Source: Nemertoderma westbladi (lineage: Eukaryota > Animalia > Xenacoelomorpha). From it: a DNA stretch of 63,048 bases. Within the stretch, counting starts at the first letter, position 1; every line of letters starts with the position of its first letter. Position numbers and translations under genes: made by a program. The notes under the pieces are model-generated. The model ran no database searches and had not been told where the DNA came from. It saw only the letters and a program-made list of their open reading frames with translations. Location of the stretch: the NCBI GenBank assembly GCA_032718475.1, contig JAUCBJ010000449.1:1-63048 (forward strand), read 5' to 3'. Of this stretch, positions 38,101-53,800 are shown piece after piece.

Positions 38101-41100
38101 AGTTAAAACATGTACAAGAGATATGGTCGGGAAGCTCGAGCTCTATCCAACGGAAGCGGTCCCGGGATCGTAAATTAAGAAGTTCTCGAGATATAGAGGA
38201 TAATTAACGAGTCGTTAAAAAATGCAGTAATTAGCAATTAGCGCTAATTAAGAGCGATTTAATTAATCGAATCTCGAAATTAACGGTGCCAATCGATGGC
38301 AAACAACGAGAGGAGCTCGCCAATTTTTTAAATTTTCGAAAAGACCCAGCGGAAGCCGAGATAAATGGATTTTTGTAAAATCGGGGTCCCGACCACCAAG
38401 TCGAATATCAGCGTCGAATCATCACCTTTGGGAAGTAGGCGAAAATATACCGAAAAAGCAAAATGAGCGATATTGATTTAAAATTCGAAACTTTTTGGTC
38501 GATACGGGTTCGCTAGTGGACGATATACACTATTTTAGTCAATTTGCCCAAAAGGGTCATTTTTATGATCTTTGATCATGATCTTTATGATCTTTGGCCT
38601 AAAGCATGGAATATGAGTATTTTCATATTTTATATTAATTAATACATTGTACGCAAAGTCTATGGGGACATTTCCAGACATACTTTCACATTTATCTTTG
38701 AAATTTAAATCATTTGTTCACCCAGCCATGCAATGGCTGGGTGAACCACCCAAATATTAAGCGATGAAATCCACAAAGCCTTTAAATACATTATAGGGTG
38801 GTGGGTGGGGCTAGTGGTTAGTGTTTATACATAGTTAGGTAATGATTGTATGTATATATAGCAATTTGTTAAAAAAGGGAATGGATATAACTTTATGTTA
38901 CATAAGACAGTAAATTTCAATATTCCAATTTACGAATACACACTATAGCCACCTTTTAGGGTAGGGGAGAATACAACTGGTTATAGCGGAATAACTATGT
39001 ACGAGATACTTCTCTGACTTCTACAGTAGAACAATTACAGTACTATAGCTCTTTAAACTAATTCTAGAACTCCGTTTACCTACAAAAAAACAAATAAATA
39101 TAATTAAATTTATAATAATAATAATAATAATAACAAGGTCTACTAAAATATACACAAGCTATACTGATCAAGAATAAATGATAAAAAAACTCACATCACT
39201 GGATGACAGAGGATGTTTTTTAACCGCCGTAAGGCGGAAAAGGGCTTTAGCCCTCACTAACCGCTACCACCTCCTCACCCAATGCTAAAATCCGGGAATA
39301 TTGTACCGAAGGGGGTATACTTGGGCGAGTTAGGGTATAAGGGGGCGCTTAGGGGGGAAGCCGACCATCCCAGTAGGTGGATAGACCCCCTATTAACTTT
39401 CTAAATTTTGATTTCGAGCGAATCCGACCGACGGTTTTCGAGTTGGGCCCAATGGAACGTTTTAGAAATTTGAATTTCCCGCCAAACGCTACAGCCAAAC
39501 TGGCAATAGATGGAGACTAGCGGCCAACGGGATCGCGTAGGGGGTATAGATGTTAGTCCAGCTCATTCTTTTTTTGGAACGACTCGACCTATAGGGGCCG
39601 ATCGGTAGCTGATCAAACACGATCTTTACGATCTTTGGCGAAATACGACCGGAAGGAGTGGGAATTTGGGAAAAGTTTGAAAGTAGAAAATGTTCCTCAC
39701 CCCCGAATTATGCTAGACGGACCCGATAAAAATTTGAAAAAAATTAATTCTAGGGGGTCTACGGGGCCAACGAAGCTTTCCGATTGGACGATATTATTTT
39801 CGCCTATTACTACGGGAAGGAACGGTTTTAAGTTAAAACATGTACAAGAGATATGGTCGGGAAGCTCGAGCTCTATCCAACGGAAGCGGTCCCGGGATCG
39901 TAAATTAAGAAGTTCTCGAGATATAGAGGATAATTAACGAGTCGTTAAAAAATGCAGTAATTAGCAATTAGCGCTAATTAAGAGCGATTTAATTAATCGA
40001 ATCTCGAAATTAACGGTGCCAATCGATGGCAAACAACGAGAGGAGCTCGCCAATTTTTTAAATTTTCGAAAAGACCCAGCGGAAGCCGAGATAAATGGAT
40101 TTTTGTAAAATCGGGGTCCCGACCACCAAGTCGAATATCAGCGTCGAATCATCACCTTTGGGAAGTAGGCGAAAATATACCGAAAAAGCAAAATGAGCGA
40201 TATTGATTTAAAATTCGAAACTTTTTGGTCGATACGGGTTCGCTAGTGGACGATATACACTATTTTAGTCAATTTGCCCAAAAGGGTCATTTTTATGATC
40301 TTTGATCATGATCTTTATGATCTTTGGCCTAAAGCATGGAATATGAGTATTTTCATATTTTATATTAATTAATACATTGTACGCAAAGTCTATGGGGACA
40401 TTTCCAGACATACTTTCACATTTATCTTTGAAATTTAAATCATTTGTTCACCCAGCCATGCAATGGCTGGGTGAACCACCCAAATATTAAGCGATGAAAT
40501 CCACAAAGCCTTTAAATACATTATAGGGTGGTGGGTGGGGCTAGTGGTTAGTGTTTATACATAGTTAGGTAATGATTGTATGTATATATAGCAATTTGTT
40601 AAAAAAGGGAATGGATATAACTTTATGTTACATAAGACAGTAAATTTCAATATTCCAATTTACGAATACACACTATAGCCACCTTTTAGGGTAGGGGAGA
40701 ATACAACTGGTTATAGCGGAATAACTATGTACGAGATACTTCTCTGACTTCTACAGTAGAACAATTACAGTACTATAGCTCTTTAAACTAATTCTAGAAC
40801 TCCGTTTACCTACAAAAAAACAAATAAATATAATTAAATTTATAATAATAATAATAATAATAACAAGGTCTACTAAAATATACACAAGCTATACTGATCA
40901 AGAATAAATGATAAAAAAACTCACATCACTGGATGATAGAGGATGTTTTTTAACCGCCGCAAGGCGGAAAAGGGCTTTAGCCCTCACTAACCACTACCAC
41001 CGCCTCACCCAATTCAATAAACGGGGAACTATATACGGAAAAGGGTATACTTGGGCGAGTTAGGGTATAAGGGAGCGCTTAGGGGGGAAGCCGACTATCC

Positions 41101-44100
41101 CAGTAGGTGGATAGACCCCCTATTAACTTTCTAAATTTTGATTTCGAGCGAATCCGACCGACGGTTTTCGAGTTGGGCCCAATGGAACGTTTTAGAAATT
41201 TGAATTTCCCGCCAAAAGCTACAGCCGAGCTACAGCCAAACTGGCTATAGATGGAGACTAGCGGCCAACGGGATCGCGTAGGGGGTATAGATGTTAGTCC
41301 AGCTCATTCTTTTTTTGGAACGACTCGACCTATAGGGGCCGATCGGTAGCTGATCGAACACGATCTTTACGATCTTTGGCGAAATACGACCGGAAGGAGT
41401 GGGAATTTGAGAAAAGTTTGAAAGTAGAAAATGTTCCTCATCCCCGAATTATGCTAGACGGACCCGATAAAAATATGAAAAAAATTAATTCTAGGGGGTC
41501 TACGGGGCCAACGAAGCTTTCCGATTGGACGATATTATTTTCGCCTATTACTACGGGAAGGAACGGTTTTAAGTTAAAACATGTACAAGAGATATGGTCG
41601 GGAAGCTCGAGCTCTATCCAACGGAAGCGGTCCCGGGATCGTAAATTAAGAAGTTCTCGAGATATAGAGGAAAATTAACGAGTCGTTAAAAAATGCAGCA
41701 ATTAGCAATTAGCGCTAATTAAGAGCGAATTAATTAATCGAATCTCGAAATTAACGGTGCCAATCGATGGGAAACAACGAGAGGAGCTCGCCAATTTTTT
41801 AAATTTTCAAAAAGACCCAGCGGAAGCCGAGATAAATGGATTTTCGTGAAATCGGGGTCCCAACCGCCAAGTCGAATATCAGCATCGAATCGCCACCTTT
41901 GGGAAGTAGGCGAAAATATACCGAAAAAGCAAAACGAGCGATATTGATTTAAAATTCGAAACTTTTTGGTCGACACGGGCTCGCTAGTGGATGATATACA
42001 CTATTTTAGTCAATTTGTCCAAAAGGGTCATTTTTATTATCTTTGATCATGATCTTTATGATCTTTGGCCTAAAGCATGGAATATGAGTATTTTCATATT
42101 TTATATTAATTCATACATTGTACGCAAAGTCTATGGGGACATTTCCAGACATACTTTCATATTTATCTTTGAAATTTAAATCATTTGTTCACCCAGCCAT
42201 GCAATGGCTGGGTGAACCACCAAAATATTAAGAGATGAAATCCGCAAAGCCTTTAAATACATTATAGGGTGGTGGGTGGGGCTAGTGGTTAGTGTTTATA
42301 CATAGTTAGGTAATGATTGTATATATAGCGAGTTGTTAAAAAAGGGAATGGATATAACTTTATGTTACAAAAGACTATGAATTTAGATCTATCGAGTTAC
42401 GAATATACTCTATCGCCACCTTTTAGCGTAGCGTAGGGGAGGAATACAATTAGTTGGAATCTATGTGTGGGGAATATAGCGGAACAACTATGTACGAGAT
42501 ACTTCTTCGACTTCTACAGTAGAACAATTAGTATAGTTCTTTAAACTAATTTTAGAACTCCGTTTACCTACTAAAAAACAAATAAATATAATTAAATTTA
42601 TAATAATAATAATAATAATAACAAGGTCTACTAAAATATACAAGCTATACTGATCAAGAATAAATGATAAAAAAACGATATCACTGGATGACAGAGGATG
42701 TTTTTTAACCGCCGTAAGGCGGAAAAGGGCTTTAGCCCTCACTAACCACTACCACCTCCTCACCCAATGCTAAAATCCGGGAATATTGTACCGAAAGGGG
42801 GTATACTTGGGCGAGTTAGGGTATAAGGGGGCGCTTAGGGGGGAAGCCGACCATCCCAGTAGGTGGATAGACCCCCTATTAACTTTCTAAATTTTGATTT
42901 CGAGCGAATCCGACCGACGGTTTTCGAGTTGGGCCCAATGGAACGTTTTAGAAATTTGAATTTCCCGCCAAACGCTACAGCCAAACTGGCAATAGATGGA
43001 GACTAGCGGCCAACGGGATCGCGTAGGGGGTATAGATGTTAGTCCAGCTCATTCTTTTTTTGGAACGACTCGACCTATAGGGGCCGATCGGTAGCTGATC
43101 GAACACGATCTTTACGATCTTTGGCGAAATACGACCGGAAGGAGTGGGAATTTGGGAAAAGTTTGAAAGTAGAAAATGTTCCTCACCCCCGAATTATGCT
43201 AGACGGACCCGATAAAAATTTGAAAAAAATTAATTCTAGGGGGTCTACGGGGCCAACGAAGCTTTCCGATTGGACGATATTATTTTCGCCTATTACTACG
43301 GGAAGGAACGGTTTTAAGTTAAAACATGTACAAGAGATATGGTCGGGAAGCTCGAGCTCTATCCAACGGAAGCGGTCCCGGGATCGTAAATTAAGAAGTT
43401 CTCGAGATATAGAGGAAAATTAACGAGTCGTTAAAAAATGCAGTAATTAGCAATTAGCGCTAATTAAGAGCGAATTAATTAATCGAATCTCGAAATTAAC
43501 GGTGCCAATCGATGGGAAACAACGAGAGGAGCTCGCCAATTTTTTAAATTTTCGAAAAGACCCAGCGGAAGCCGAGATAAATGGATTTTCGTAAAATCGG
43601 GGTCCCGACCACCAAGTCGAATATCGGAGGCGAATCACCACCTTTGGGAAATAGGCGAAAATATACCGAAAAAGCAAAACGAGCGATATTGATTTAAAAT
43701 TCGAAACTTTTTGGTCGATACGGGTTCGCTAGTGGACGATATACACTATTTTAGTCAATTTATCCAAAAGGGTCATTTTTATGATCTTTGATCATGGTCT
43801 TTATGATCTTTGGCCTAAAGCATGGAATATGAGTATTTTCCTATTTTATATTAATTCATACATTGTAAGCAAAGTCTATGGGGACATTTCCAGACATACA
43901 TTCACATTTATCTTTGAAATTTTAATCATTTGTTCACCCAGCCATGCAATGGCTGGGTGAACCACCAAAATATTAAGCGATGAAATCCGCAAAGCCTTTA
44001 AATACATTATAGGGTGGTGGGTGGGGCTAGTGGTTAGTGTTTATACATAGTTAGGTAATGATTGTATATATAGCGAGTTGTTAAAACAGGGAATGAATAT

Positions 44101-47100
44101 AACTTTATGTTACATAAGACAGTAAATTTCGATATTCCGATTTACAAATACACACTATCGCCACCTTTTAGGGTAGGGGAGAATACAACTGGTTATAGCG
44201 GAATAACTATGTACGAGATACTTCTTCGACTTCTACATTAGAACAATTATAGTACAGTACTATAGCTCTTTAAACTAATTCTAGAACTCCGTTTACCTAC
44301 TAAAAAACAAATAAATATAATTAAATTTATAATAATAATAATAATAATAACAAGGTCTACTAAAATATACACAAGCTATACTGATCAAGAATAAATGATA
44401 AAAAAACGATATCACTGGATGACAGAGGTTGTTTTTTAACCGCCGCAAGGCGGAAAAGGGCTTTAGCCCTCACTAACAACTATGATCTCCTCACCCAATA
44501 CTAATAATCCGGGAATGTTGAGCAGAAAAGGGTATAGTTGGGCGAGTTAGGGTATAAGGGGGCGCTTAGGGGGGAAGCCGACCATCCCAGTAGGTGGATA
44601 GACCCCCTATTAACTTTCTAAATTTTGATTTCGAGCGAATCCGACCGACGGTTTTCGAGTTGGGCCCAATGGAACGTTTTAGAAATTTGAATTTCCCGCC
44701 AAACGCTACAGCCAAACTGGCTATAGATGGAGACTAGCGGCCAACGGGATCGCGTAGGGGGTATAGATGTTAGTCCAGCTCATTCTTTTTTTGGAACGAC
44801 TCGACCTATAGGGGCCGATCGGTAGCTGATCGAACACGATCTTTACGATCTTTGGCGAAATACGACCGGAAGGAGTGGGAATTTGAGAAAAGTTTGAAAG
44901 TAGAAAATGTTCCTCACCCCCGAATTATGCTAGACGGACCCGATAAAAATTTGAAAAAAATTAATTCTAGGGGGTCTACGGGGCCAACGAAGCTTTCCGA
45001 TTGGACGATATTATTTTCGCCTATTACTACGGGAAGGAACGGTTTTAAGTTAAAACATGTACAAGAGATATGGTCGGGAAGCTCGAGCTCTATCCAACGG
45101 AAGCGGTCCCGGGATCGTAAATTAAGAAGTTCTCGAGATATAGAGGAAAATTAACGAGTCGTTAAAAAATGCAGTAATTAGCAATTAGCGCTAATTAAGA
45201 GCGAATTAATTAATCGAATCTCGAAATTAACGGTGCCAATCGATGGGAAACAACGAGAGGAGCTCGCCAATTTTTTAAATTTTCGAAAAGACCCAGCGGA
45301 AGCCGAGATAAATGGATTTTCGTAAAATCGGGGTCCCGACCACCAAGTCGAATATCGGAGTCGAATCGCCACCTTTGGGAAATAGGCGAAAATATACCGA
45401 AAAAGCAAAACGAGCGATATTGATTTAAAATTCGAAACTTTTTGGTCGATACGGGTTCGCTAGTGGACGATATACACTATTTTAGTCAATTTATCCAAAA
45501 GGGTCATTTTTATGATCTTTGATCATGATCTTTATGATCTTTGGCCTAAAGCATGGAATATGAGTATTTTCCTATTTTATATTAATTCATACATTGTAAG
45601 CAAAGTCTATGGGGACATTTCCAGACATACATTCACATTTATCTTTGAAATTTTAATCATTTGTTCACCCAGCCATGCAATGGCTGGGTGAACCACCAAA
45701 ATATTAAGCGATGAAATCCGCAAAGCCTTTAAATACATTATAGGGTGGTGGGTGGGGCTAGTGGTTAGTGTTTATACATAGTTAGGTAATGATTGTATAT
45801 ATAGCGAGTTGTTAAAAAAGGGAATGGATATAACTTTATGTTACATAAGACAGTAAATTTCGATATTCCGATTTACAAATACACACTATCGCCACCTTTT
45901 AGGGTAGGGGAGAATACAACTGGTTATAGCGGAATAACTATGTACGAGATACTTCTTCGACTTCTACATTAGAACAATTACAGTACTATAGCTCTTTAAA
46001 CTAATTCTAGAACTCCGTTTACCTACTAAAAAACAAATAAATATAATTAAATTTATAATAATAATAATAATAATAACAAGGTCTACTAAAATATACACAA
46101 GCTATACTGATCAAGAATAAATGATAAAAAAACTATATCACTGGATGATAGAGGATGTTTTTTAACCGCCGTAAGGCGGAAAAGGGCTTTAGCCCTCACT
46201 AACCGCTACCACCTCCTCACCCAATGCTAAAATCCGGGAATATTGTACCGAAGGGGGTATACTTGGGCGAGTTAGGGTATAAGGGGGCGCTTAGGGGGGA
46301 AGCCGACCATCCCAGTAGGTGGATAGACCCCCTATTAACTTTCTAAATTTTGATTTCGAGCGAATCCGACCGACGGTTTTCGAGTTGGGCCCAATGGAAC
46401 GTTTTAGAAATTTGAATTTCCCGCCAAACGCTACAGCCAAACTGGCAATAGATGGAGACTAGCGGCCAACGGGATCGCGTAGGGGGTATAGATGTTAGTC
46501 CAGCTCATTCTTTTTTTGGAACGACTCGACCTATAGGGGCCGATCGGTAGCTGATCGAACACGATCTTTACGATCTTTGGCGAAATACGACCGGAAGGAG
46601 TGGGAATTTGGGAAAAGTTTGAAAGTAGAAAATGTTCCTCACCCCCGAATTATGCTAGACGGACCCGATAAAAATTTGAAAAAAATTAATTCTAGGGGGT
46701 CTACGGGGCCAACGAAGCTTTCCGATTGGACGATATTATTTTCGCCTATTACTACGGGAAGGAACGGTTTTAAGTTAAAACATGTACAAGAGATATGGTC
46801 GGGAAGCTCGAGCTCTATCCAACGGAAGCGGTCCCGGGATCGTAAATTAACAAGTTCTAGAGATATAGAGGAAAATTAACGAGTCGTTAAAAAATGCAGT
46901 AATTAGCAATTAGCGCTAATTAAGAGCGAATTAATTAATCGAATCTCGAAATTAACGGTGCCAATCGATGGGAAACAACGAGAGGAGCTCGCCAATTTTT
47001 TAAATTTTCGAAAAGACCCAGCGGAAGCCGAGATAAATGGATTTTCGTAAAATCGGGGTCCCGACCACCAAGTCGAATATCGGAGGCGAATCACCACCTT

Positions 47101-47813
47101 TGGGAAATAGGCGAAAATATACCGAAAAAGCAAAACGAGCGATATTGATTTAAAATTCGAAACTTTTTGGTCGATATGGGTTCGCTAGTAGACGATATAC
47201 ACTATTTTAGTCAATTTATCCAAAAGGGTCATTTTTATGATATTTGATCATGATCTTTATGATCTTTGGCCTAAAGCATGGAATAAGAGTATTTTTATAT
47301 TAAATTGTAATTCGTACATTATAAGCAAAGTCTATGGGGACATTGTCAGACATACTTTAAAATTTATCTTTGAAATTTAAATCATTTGTTCACCCAGCCA
47401 TGCAATGGCTGGGTGAACCACCAAAATATTAAGAGATGAAATCCGCAAAGCCTTTAAATACATTATAGGGTGGTGGGCGGGGCTAGTGGTTAGTGTTTAT
47501 ACATAGTTAGTTAATGATTGTATATGATTGTATATGTATATGATTGTATATATAGCGAGTTGTTAAAAAAGGGAATGGATATAACTATATGTTACAAAAG
47601 ACTATGAATTTAGATCTATCGAGTTACGAATATACACTATCGCCACCTTTTAGCGTAGCGTAGGGGAGGAATACAATTAGTTGGAATCTATGTATGGGGA
47701 ATATAGCGGAACAACTATGTACGAGATACTTCTTCGACTAATAGAACAATAACTATAGCTCTTTAAACTAATTCTAGAACTACATTTACCTACTAAAAAA
47801 ACAATTAAATATA

Positions 47814-47845
<32 letters not shown>

Positions 47846-50800
47846 AAATTAATAATACTAATTAATGAAAAATAAATGATAAAAAAACTATCATCACTGG
47901 ATGATAGAGGATGTTTTTTAATCGCCGCAAGGCGAAAAAGGGCTTTAGCCCTCACTAACCACTACCACCTCCTCACCCAATGCTATAAATCCGGGAATAT
48001 TGAAGAAAGGGGGTATACTTGGTCGAGTTAGGGTATAAGGGGGCTCTTAGGGGGGAAGCCGACCATCCCAGTAGGTGGATAGACCCCCTATTAACTTTCT
48101 AAATTTTGATTTCGAGCGAATCCGACCGACGGTTTTCGAGTTGGGCCCAATGGAACGTTTTAGAAATTTGAATTTCCCGCCAAACGCTATGGCCAAGCTA
48201 CAGCCAAACTGGCAATAGATGGAGACTAGCGGCCAACGGGATCGCGTAGGGGGTATAGATGTTAGTCCAGCTCATTCTTTTTTTGGAACGACTCGACCTA
48301 TAGGGGCCGATCGGTAGCTGATCGAACACGATCTTTACGATCTTTGGCGAAATACGACCGGAAGGAGTGGGAATTTGGGAAAAGTTTGAAAGTAGAAAAT
48401 GTTCCTCACCCCCGAATTATGCTAGACGGACCCGATAAAAATTTGAAAAAAATTAATTCTAGGGGGTCTACGGGGCCAACGAAGCTTTCCGATTGGACGA
48501 TATTATTTTCGCCTATTACTACGGGAAGGAACGGTTTTAAGTTAAAACATGTACAAGAGATATGGTCGGGAAGCTCGAGCTCTATCCAACGGAAGCGGTC
48601 CCGGAATCTGTAAATTAAGAAGTTCTCGAGATATAGAGGAAAATTAACGAGTCGTTAAAAAATGCAGTAATTAGCAATTAGCGCTAATTAAGAGCGAATT
48701 AATTAATCGAATCTCGAAATTAACGGTGCCAATCGATGGGAAACAACGAGAGGAGCTCGCCAATTTTTTAAATTTTCGAAAAGACCCAGCGGAAGCCGAG
48801 ATAAATGGATTTTCGTAAAATCGGGGTCCCGACCACCAAGTCGAATATCGAGCGTCGAATCGCCACCTTTGGGAAGTAGGCGAAAATATACCGAAAAAGC
48901 AAAACGAGCGATATTGATTTAAAATTCGAAACTTTTTGGTCGATACGGGTTCGCTAGTGGACGATATACACTATTTTAGTCAATTTATCCAAAAGGGTCA
49001 TTTTTATGATCTTTGATCATGATCTTTATGATCTTTGGCCTAAAGCATGGAATAAGAGTATTTTTATATTAAATTGTAATTCGTACATTATAAGCAAAGT
49101 CTATGGGGACATTTTCAGACATACTTTAAAGTTTATCTTTGAAATTTAAATCATTTGTTCACCCAGCCATGCAATGGCTGGGTGAACCACCAAAATATTA
49201 AGCGATGAAATCCGCAAAGCCTTTAAATACGTTATAGGGTGGTGGGTGGGGCTAGTGGTTAGTGTTTATACATAGTTAGGTAATGATTGTATATATAGCG
49301 AGTTGTTAAAAAAGGGAATGGGATATAATTTTATGTTACAAAAGACTATGAATTTAGATCTATAGAGTTGTTAAAAAAGGGAATGGGATATAATTTTACG
49401 TTACAAAAGACTATGAATTTAGATCTATAGAGTTACGAATATACACTAACGCCACCTTTTAGCGTAGCGTAGGGGAGGAATACAATTAGTTGGAATCTAT
49501 GTATGGGGAATATAGCGGAACAACTATGTACGAGATACTTCTTCGACTAATAGAACAATAACTATAGCTCTTTAAACTAATTCTAGAACTGCATTTACCT
49601 ACTAAAAAAAACAATTAAATACTAATTAATGAAAAATAAATGATAAAAAAACTATCATCACTGGATGACAGAGGTTGTTTTTTAACCGCCGCAAGGCGGA
49701 AAAGGGCTTTAGCCCTCACTAACAACTATGGATCTCCTCACCCACGTATAATAATCCGGGTTGTTTAGTCAGAAAAGGGTATAGTTGGGCGAGTTAGGGT
49801 ATAAGGGGACGCTTAGGGGGGAAGCCGACCATCCCAGTAGGTGGATAGACCCCCTATTAACTTTCTAAATTTTGATTTCGAGCGAATCCGACCGACGGTT
49901 TTCGAGTTGGGGCCAATTGAACGTTTTTGAAATTTGAATTTCCCGCCAAACGCTACAGCCAAACTGGCTATAGATGGAGACTAGCGGCCAACGGGATCGC
50001 GTAGGGGGTATAGATGTTAGTCCAGCTCATTCTTTTTTTGGAACGACTCGACCTATAGGGGCCGATCGGTAGCTGATCGAACACGATCTTTACGATCTTT
50101 GGCGAAATACGACCGGAAGGAGTGGGAATTTGAGAAAAGTTTGAAAGTAGAAAATGTTCCTCACCCCCGAATTATGCTAGACGGACCCGATAAAAATTTG
50201 AAAAAAATTAATTCTAGGGGGTCTACGGGGCCAACGAAGCTTTCCGATTGGACGATATTATTTTCGCCTATTACTACGGGAAGGAACGGTTTTAAGTTAA
50301 AACATGTACAAGAGATATGGTCGGGAAGCTCGAGCTCTATCCAACGGAAGCGGTCCCGGGATCGTAAATTAAGAAGTTCTCGAGATATAGAGGAAAATTA
50401 ACGAGTCGTTAAAAAATGCAGTAATTAGCAATTAGCGCTAATTAAGAGCGAATTAATTAATCGAATCTCGAAATTAACGGTGCCAATCGATGGGAAATAA
50501 CGAGAGGAGCTCGCCAATTTTTTAAATTTTCGAAAAGACCCAGCGGAAGCCGAGATAAATGGATTTTCGTAAAATCGGGGTCCCGACCACCAAGTCGAAT
50601 ATCAGCGTCGAATCATCACCTTTGGGAAGTAGGCGAAAATATACCGAAAAAGCAAAATGAGCGATATTGATTTAAAATTCGAAACTTTTTGGTCGATACG
50701 GGTTCGCTAGTGGACGATAAACACAATTTTAGTCAATTTGCCCAAAAGGGTCATTTTTATGATCTTTGATCATGATCTTTATGATCTTTGGCCTAAAGCA

Positions 50801-53800
50801 TGGAATATGAGTATTTTCATATTTTATATTAATTAATACAATGTACGCAAAGTCTATGGGGACATTTCCAGACATACTTTCACATTTATCTTTGAAATTT
50901 AAATCATTTGTTCACCCAGCCATGCAATGGCTGGGTGAACCACCCAAATATTAAGCGATGAAATCCACAAAGCCTTTAAATACATTATAGGGTGGTGGGT
51001 GGGGCTAGTGGTTAGTGTTTATACATAGTTAGGTAATGATTGTATATATAGCAATTTGTTAAAAAAGGGAATGGATATAGCTTTATGTTACATAAGACAG
51101 TAAATTTTGATTTTCCGAGTCACGAATATACACCATGGTCACCGTTTAGAATAGGCGAGAATACAACTAATTCGAATCCATGTGTTGGGAATATAGTGGA
51201 ACAACTACATACAAGATACTTCTTCGACTACTAGAACCATTAACTATAGCTCTTCAAACTAATTCTAGAACAACTTTTACCTACTAAAAAAACCAATAAA
51301 ATATAATTAAACCTATATAATAATAAAAATATAATAATAATAAGGCCAATTAAGCTACACTGATCAAGAATAAATGATAAAAAAACGATATCACTGGATG
51401 ACAGAGGTTGTTTTTTAACCGCCGTAAGGCGGAAAAGGGCTTTAGCCCTCACTAACTACTATATACACCTCACCCAATACTAAAAATCCAGGAATGTGGA
51501 AGAAAGGGGGGTATTTGGGCGAGTTAGGGTATAAGGGGGCGCTTAGGGGGCAAGCCGACCATCCCAGTAGGTGGATAGACCCCCTATTAACTTTCTAAAT
51601 TTTGATTTCGAGCGAATCCGACCGACGGTTTTCGAGTTGGGCCCAATGGAACGTTTTAGAAATTTGAATTTCCCGCCAAATGCTACAGCCAAACTGGCTA
51701 TAGATGGAGACTAGCGGCCAACGGGATCGCGTAGGGGGTATAGATGTTAGTCCAGCTCATTCATTTTTTGGAACGACTCGACCTATAGGGGCCGATCGGT
51801 AGCTGATCGAACACGATCTTTACGATCTTTGGCGAAATACGACCGGAAGGAGTGGGAATTTGAGAAAAGTTTGAAAGTAGAAAATGTTCCTCACCCCCGA
51901 ATTATGCTAGACGGACCCGATAAAAATTTGAAAAAAATTAATTCTAGGGGGTCTACGGGGCCAACGAAGCTTTCCGATTGGACGATATTATTTTCGCCTA
52001 TTACTACGGGAAGGAACGGTTTTAAGTTAAAACATGTACAAGAGATATGGTAGGGAAGCTCGAGCTCTATCCAACGGAAGCGGTCCCAGGATCGTAAATT
52101 AAGAAGTTCTCGAGATATGGAGGAAAATTAACGAATCGTTAAAAAATGCAGTAATTAGCAATTAGCGCTAATTAAGAGCGAATTAATTAATCGAATCTCG
52201 AAATTAACGGTGCTAATCGATGGGGAACAACGGGAGGAGCTCGCCAATTTTTTAAATTTTCGAAAAGACCCAGCGGAAGCCGAGATAAATGGATTTTCGT
52301 AAAATTGGGCTCCCGACCACCTAGTCGAATATCTGAGGCGAATCGCCACCTTTGGGAAATAGGCGAAAATATACCGAAAAAGCAAAACGAGCGATATTGA
52401 TTTAAAATTCGCAACTTTTTGGTCGATACGGGTTCGCTAGTGGACGATATACACTATTTTAGTCAATTTATCCAAAAGGGTCATTTTTATGATCTTTGAT
52501 CATGATCTTTATGATCTTTGGCCTAAAGCATGGAATAAGAGTATTTTTATATTAAATTGTAATTCGTACATTATAAGCAAAGTCTATGGGGACTTTTCAG
52601 ACATACTTTAAAGTTTATCTTTGAAATTTAAATCATTTGTTCACCCAGCCATGCAATGGCTGGGTGAACCACCAAAATATTAAGCGATGAAATCCGCAAA
52701 GCCTTTAAATACGTTATAGGGTGGTGGGTGGGGCTAGTGGTTAGTGTTTATACATAGTTAGGTAATGATTGTATATATAGCGAGTTGTTAAAAAAGGGAA
52801 TGGGATATAATTTTATGTTACAAAAGACTATGAATTTAGATCTATAGAGTTGTTAAAAAAGGGAATGGGATATAATTTTATGTTACAAAAGACTATGAAT
52901 TTAGATCTATAGAGTTACGAATATACACTAACGCCACCTTTTAGCGTAGCGTAGGGGAGGAATACAATTAGTTGGAATCTATGTATGGGGAATATAGCGG
53001 AACAACTATGTACGAGATACTTCTTCGACTAATAGAACAATAACTATAGCTCTTTAAACTAATTCTAGAACTGCATTTACCTACTAAAAAAAAACAATTA
53101 AATACTAATTAATGAAAAATAAATGATAAAAAAACTCACATCACTGGATGACAGAGGTTGTTTTTTAACCGCCGCAAGGCGGAAAAGGGCTTTAGCCCTC
53201 ACTAACAACTATGGATTCCTCACCACGTATAATAATCCATGTTGTTTAGTCAGAAAAGGGTATAGTTGGGCGAGTTAGGGTATAAGGGGACGCTTAGGGG
53301 GGAAGCCAACCATCCCAGTAGGTGGATAGACCCCCTATTAACTTTCTAAATTTTGATTTCGAGCGAATCCGACCGACGGTTTTCGAGTTGGGGCCAATTG
53401 AACGTTTTTGAAATTTGAATTTCCCGCCAAACGCTACAGCCAAACTGGCTATAGATGGAGACTAGCGGCCAACGGGATCGCGTAGGGGGTATAGATGTTA
53501 GTCCAGCTCATTCTTTTTTTGGAACGACTCGACCTATAGGGGCCGATCGGTAGCTGATCGAACACGATCTTTACGATCTTTGGCGAAATACGACCGGAAG
53601 GAGTGGGAATTTGAGAAAAGTTTGAAAGTAGAAAATGTTCCTCACCCCCGAATTATGCTAGACGGACCCGATAAAAATTTGAAAAAAATTAATTCTAGGG
53701 GGTCTACGGGGCCAACGAAGCTTTCCGATTGGACGATATTATTTTCGCCTATTACTACGGGAAGGAACGGTTTTAAGTTAAAACATGTACAAGAGATATG

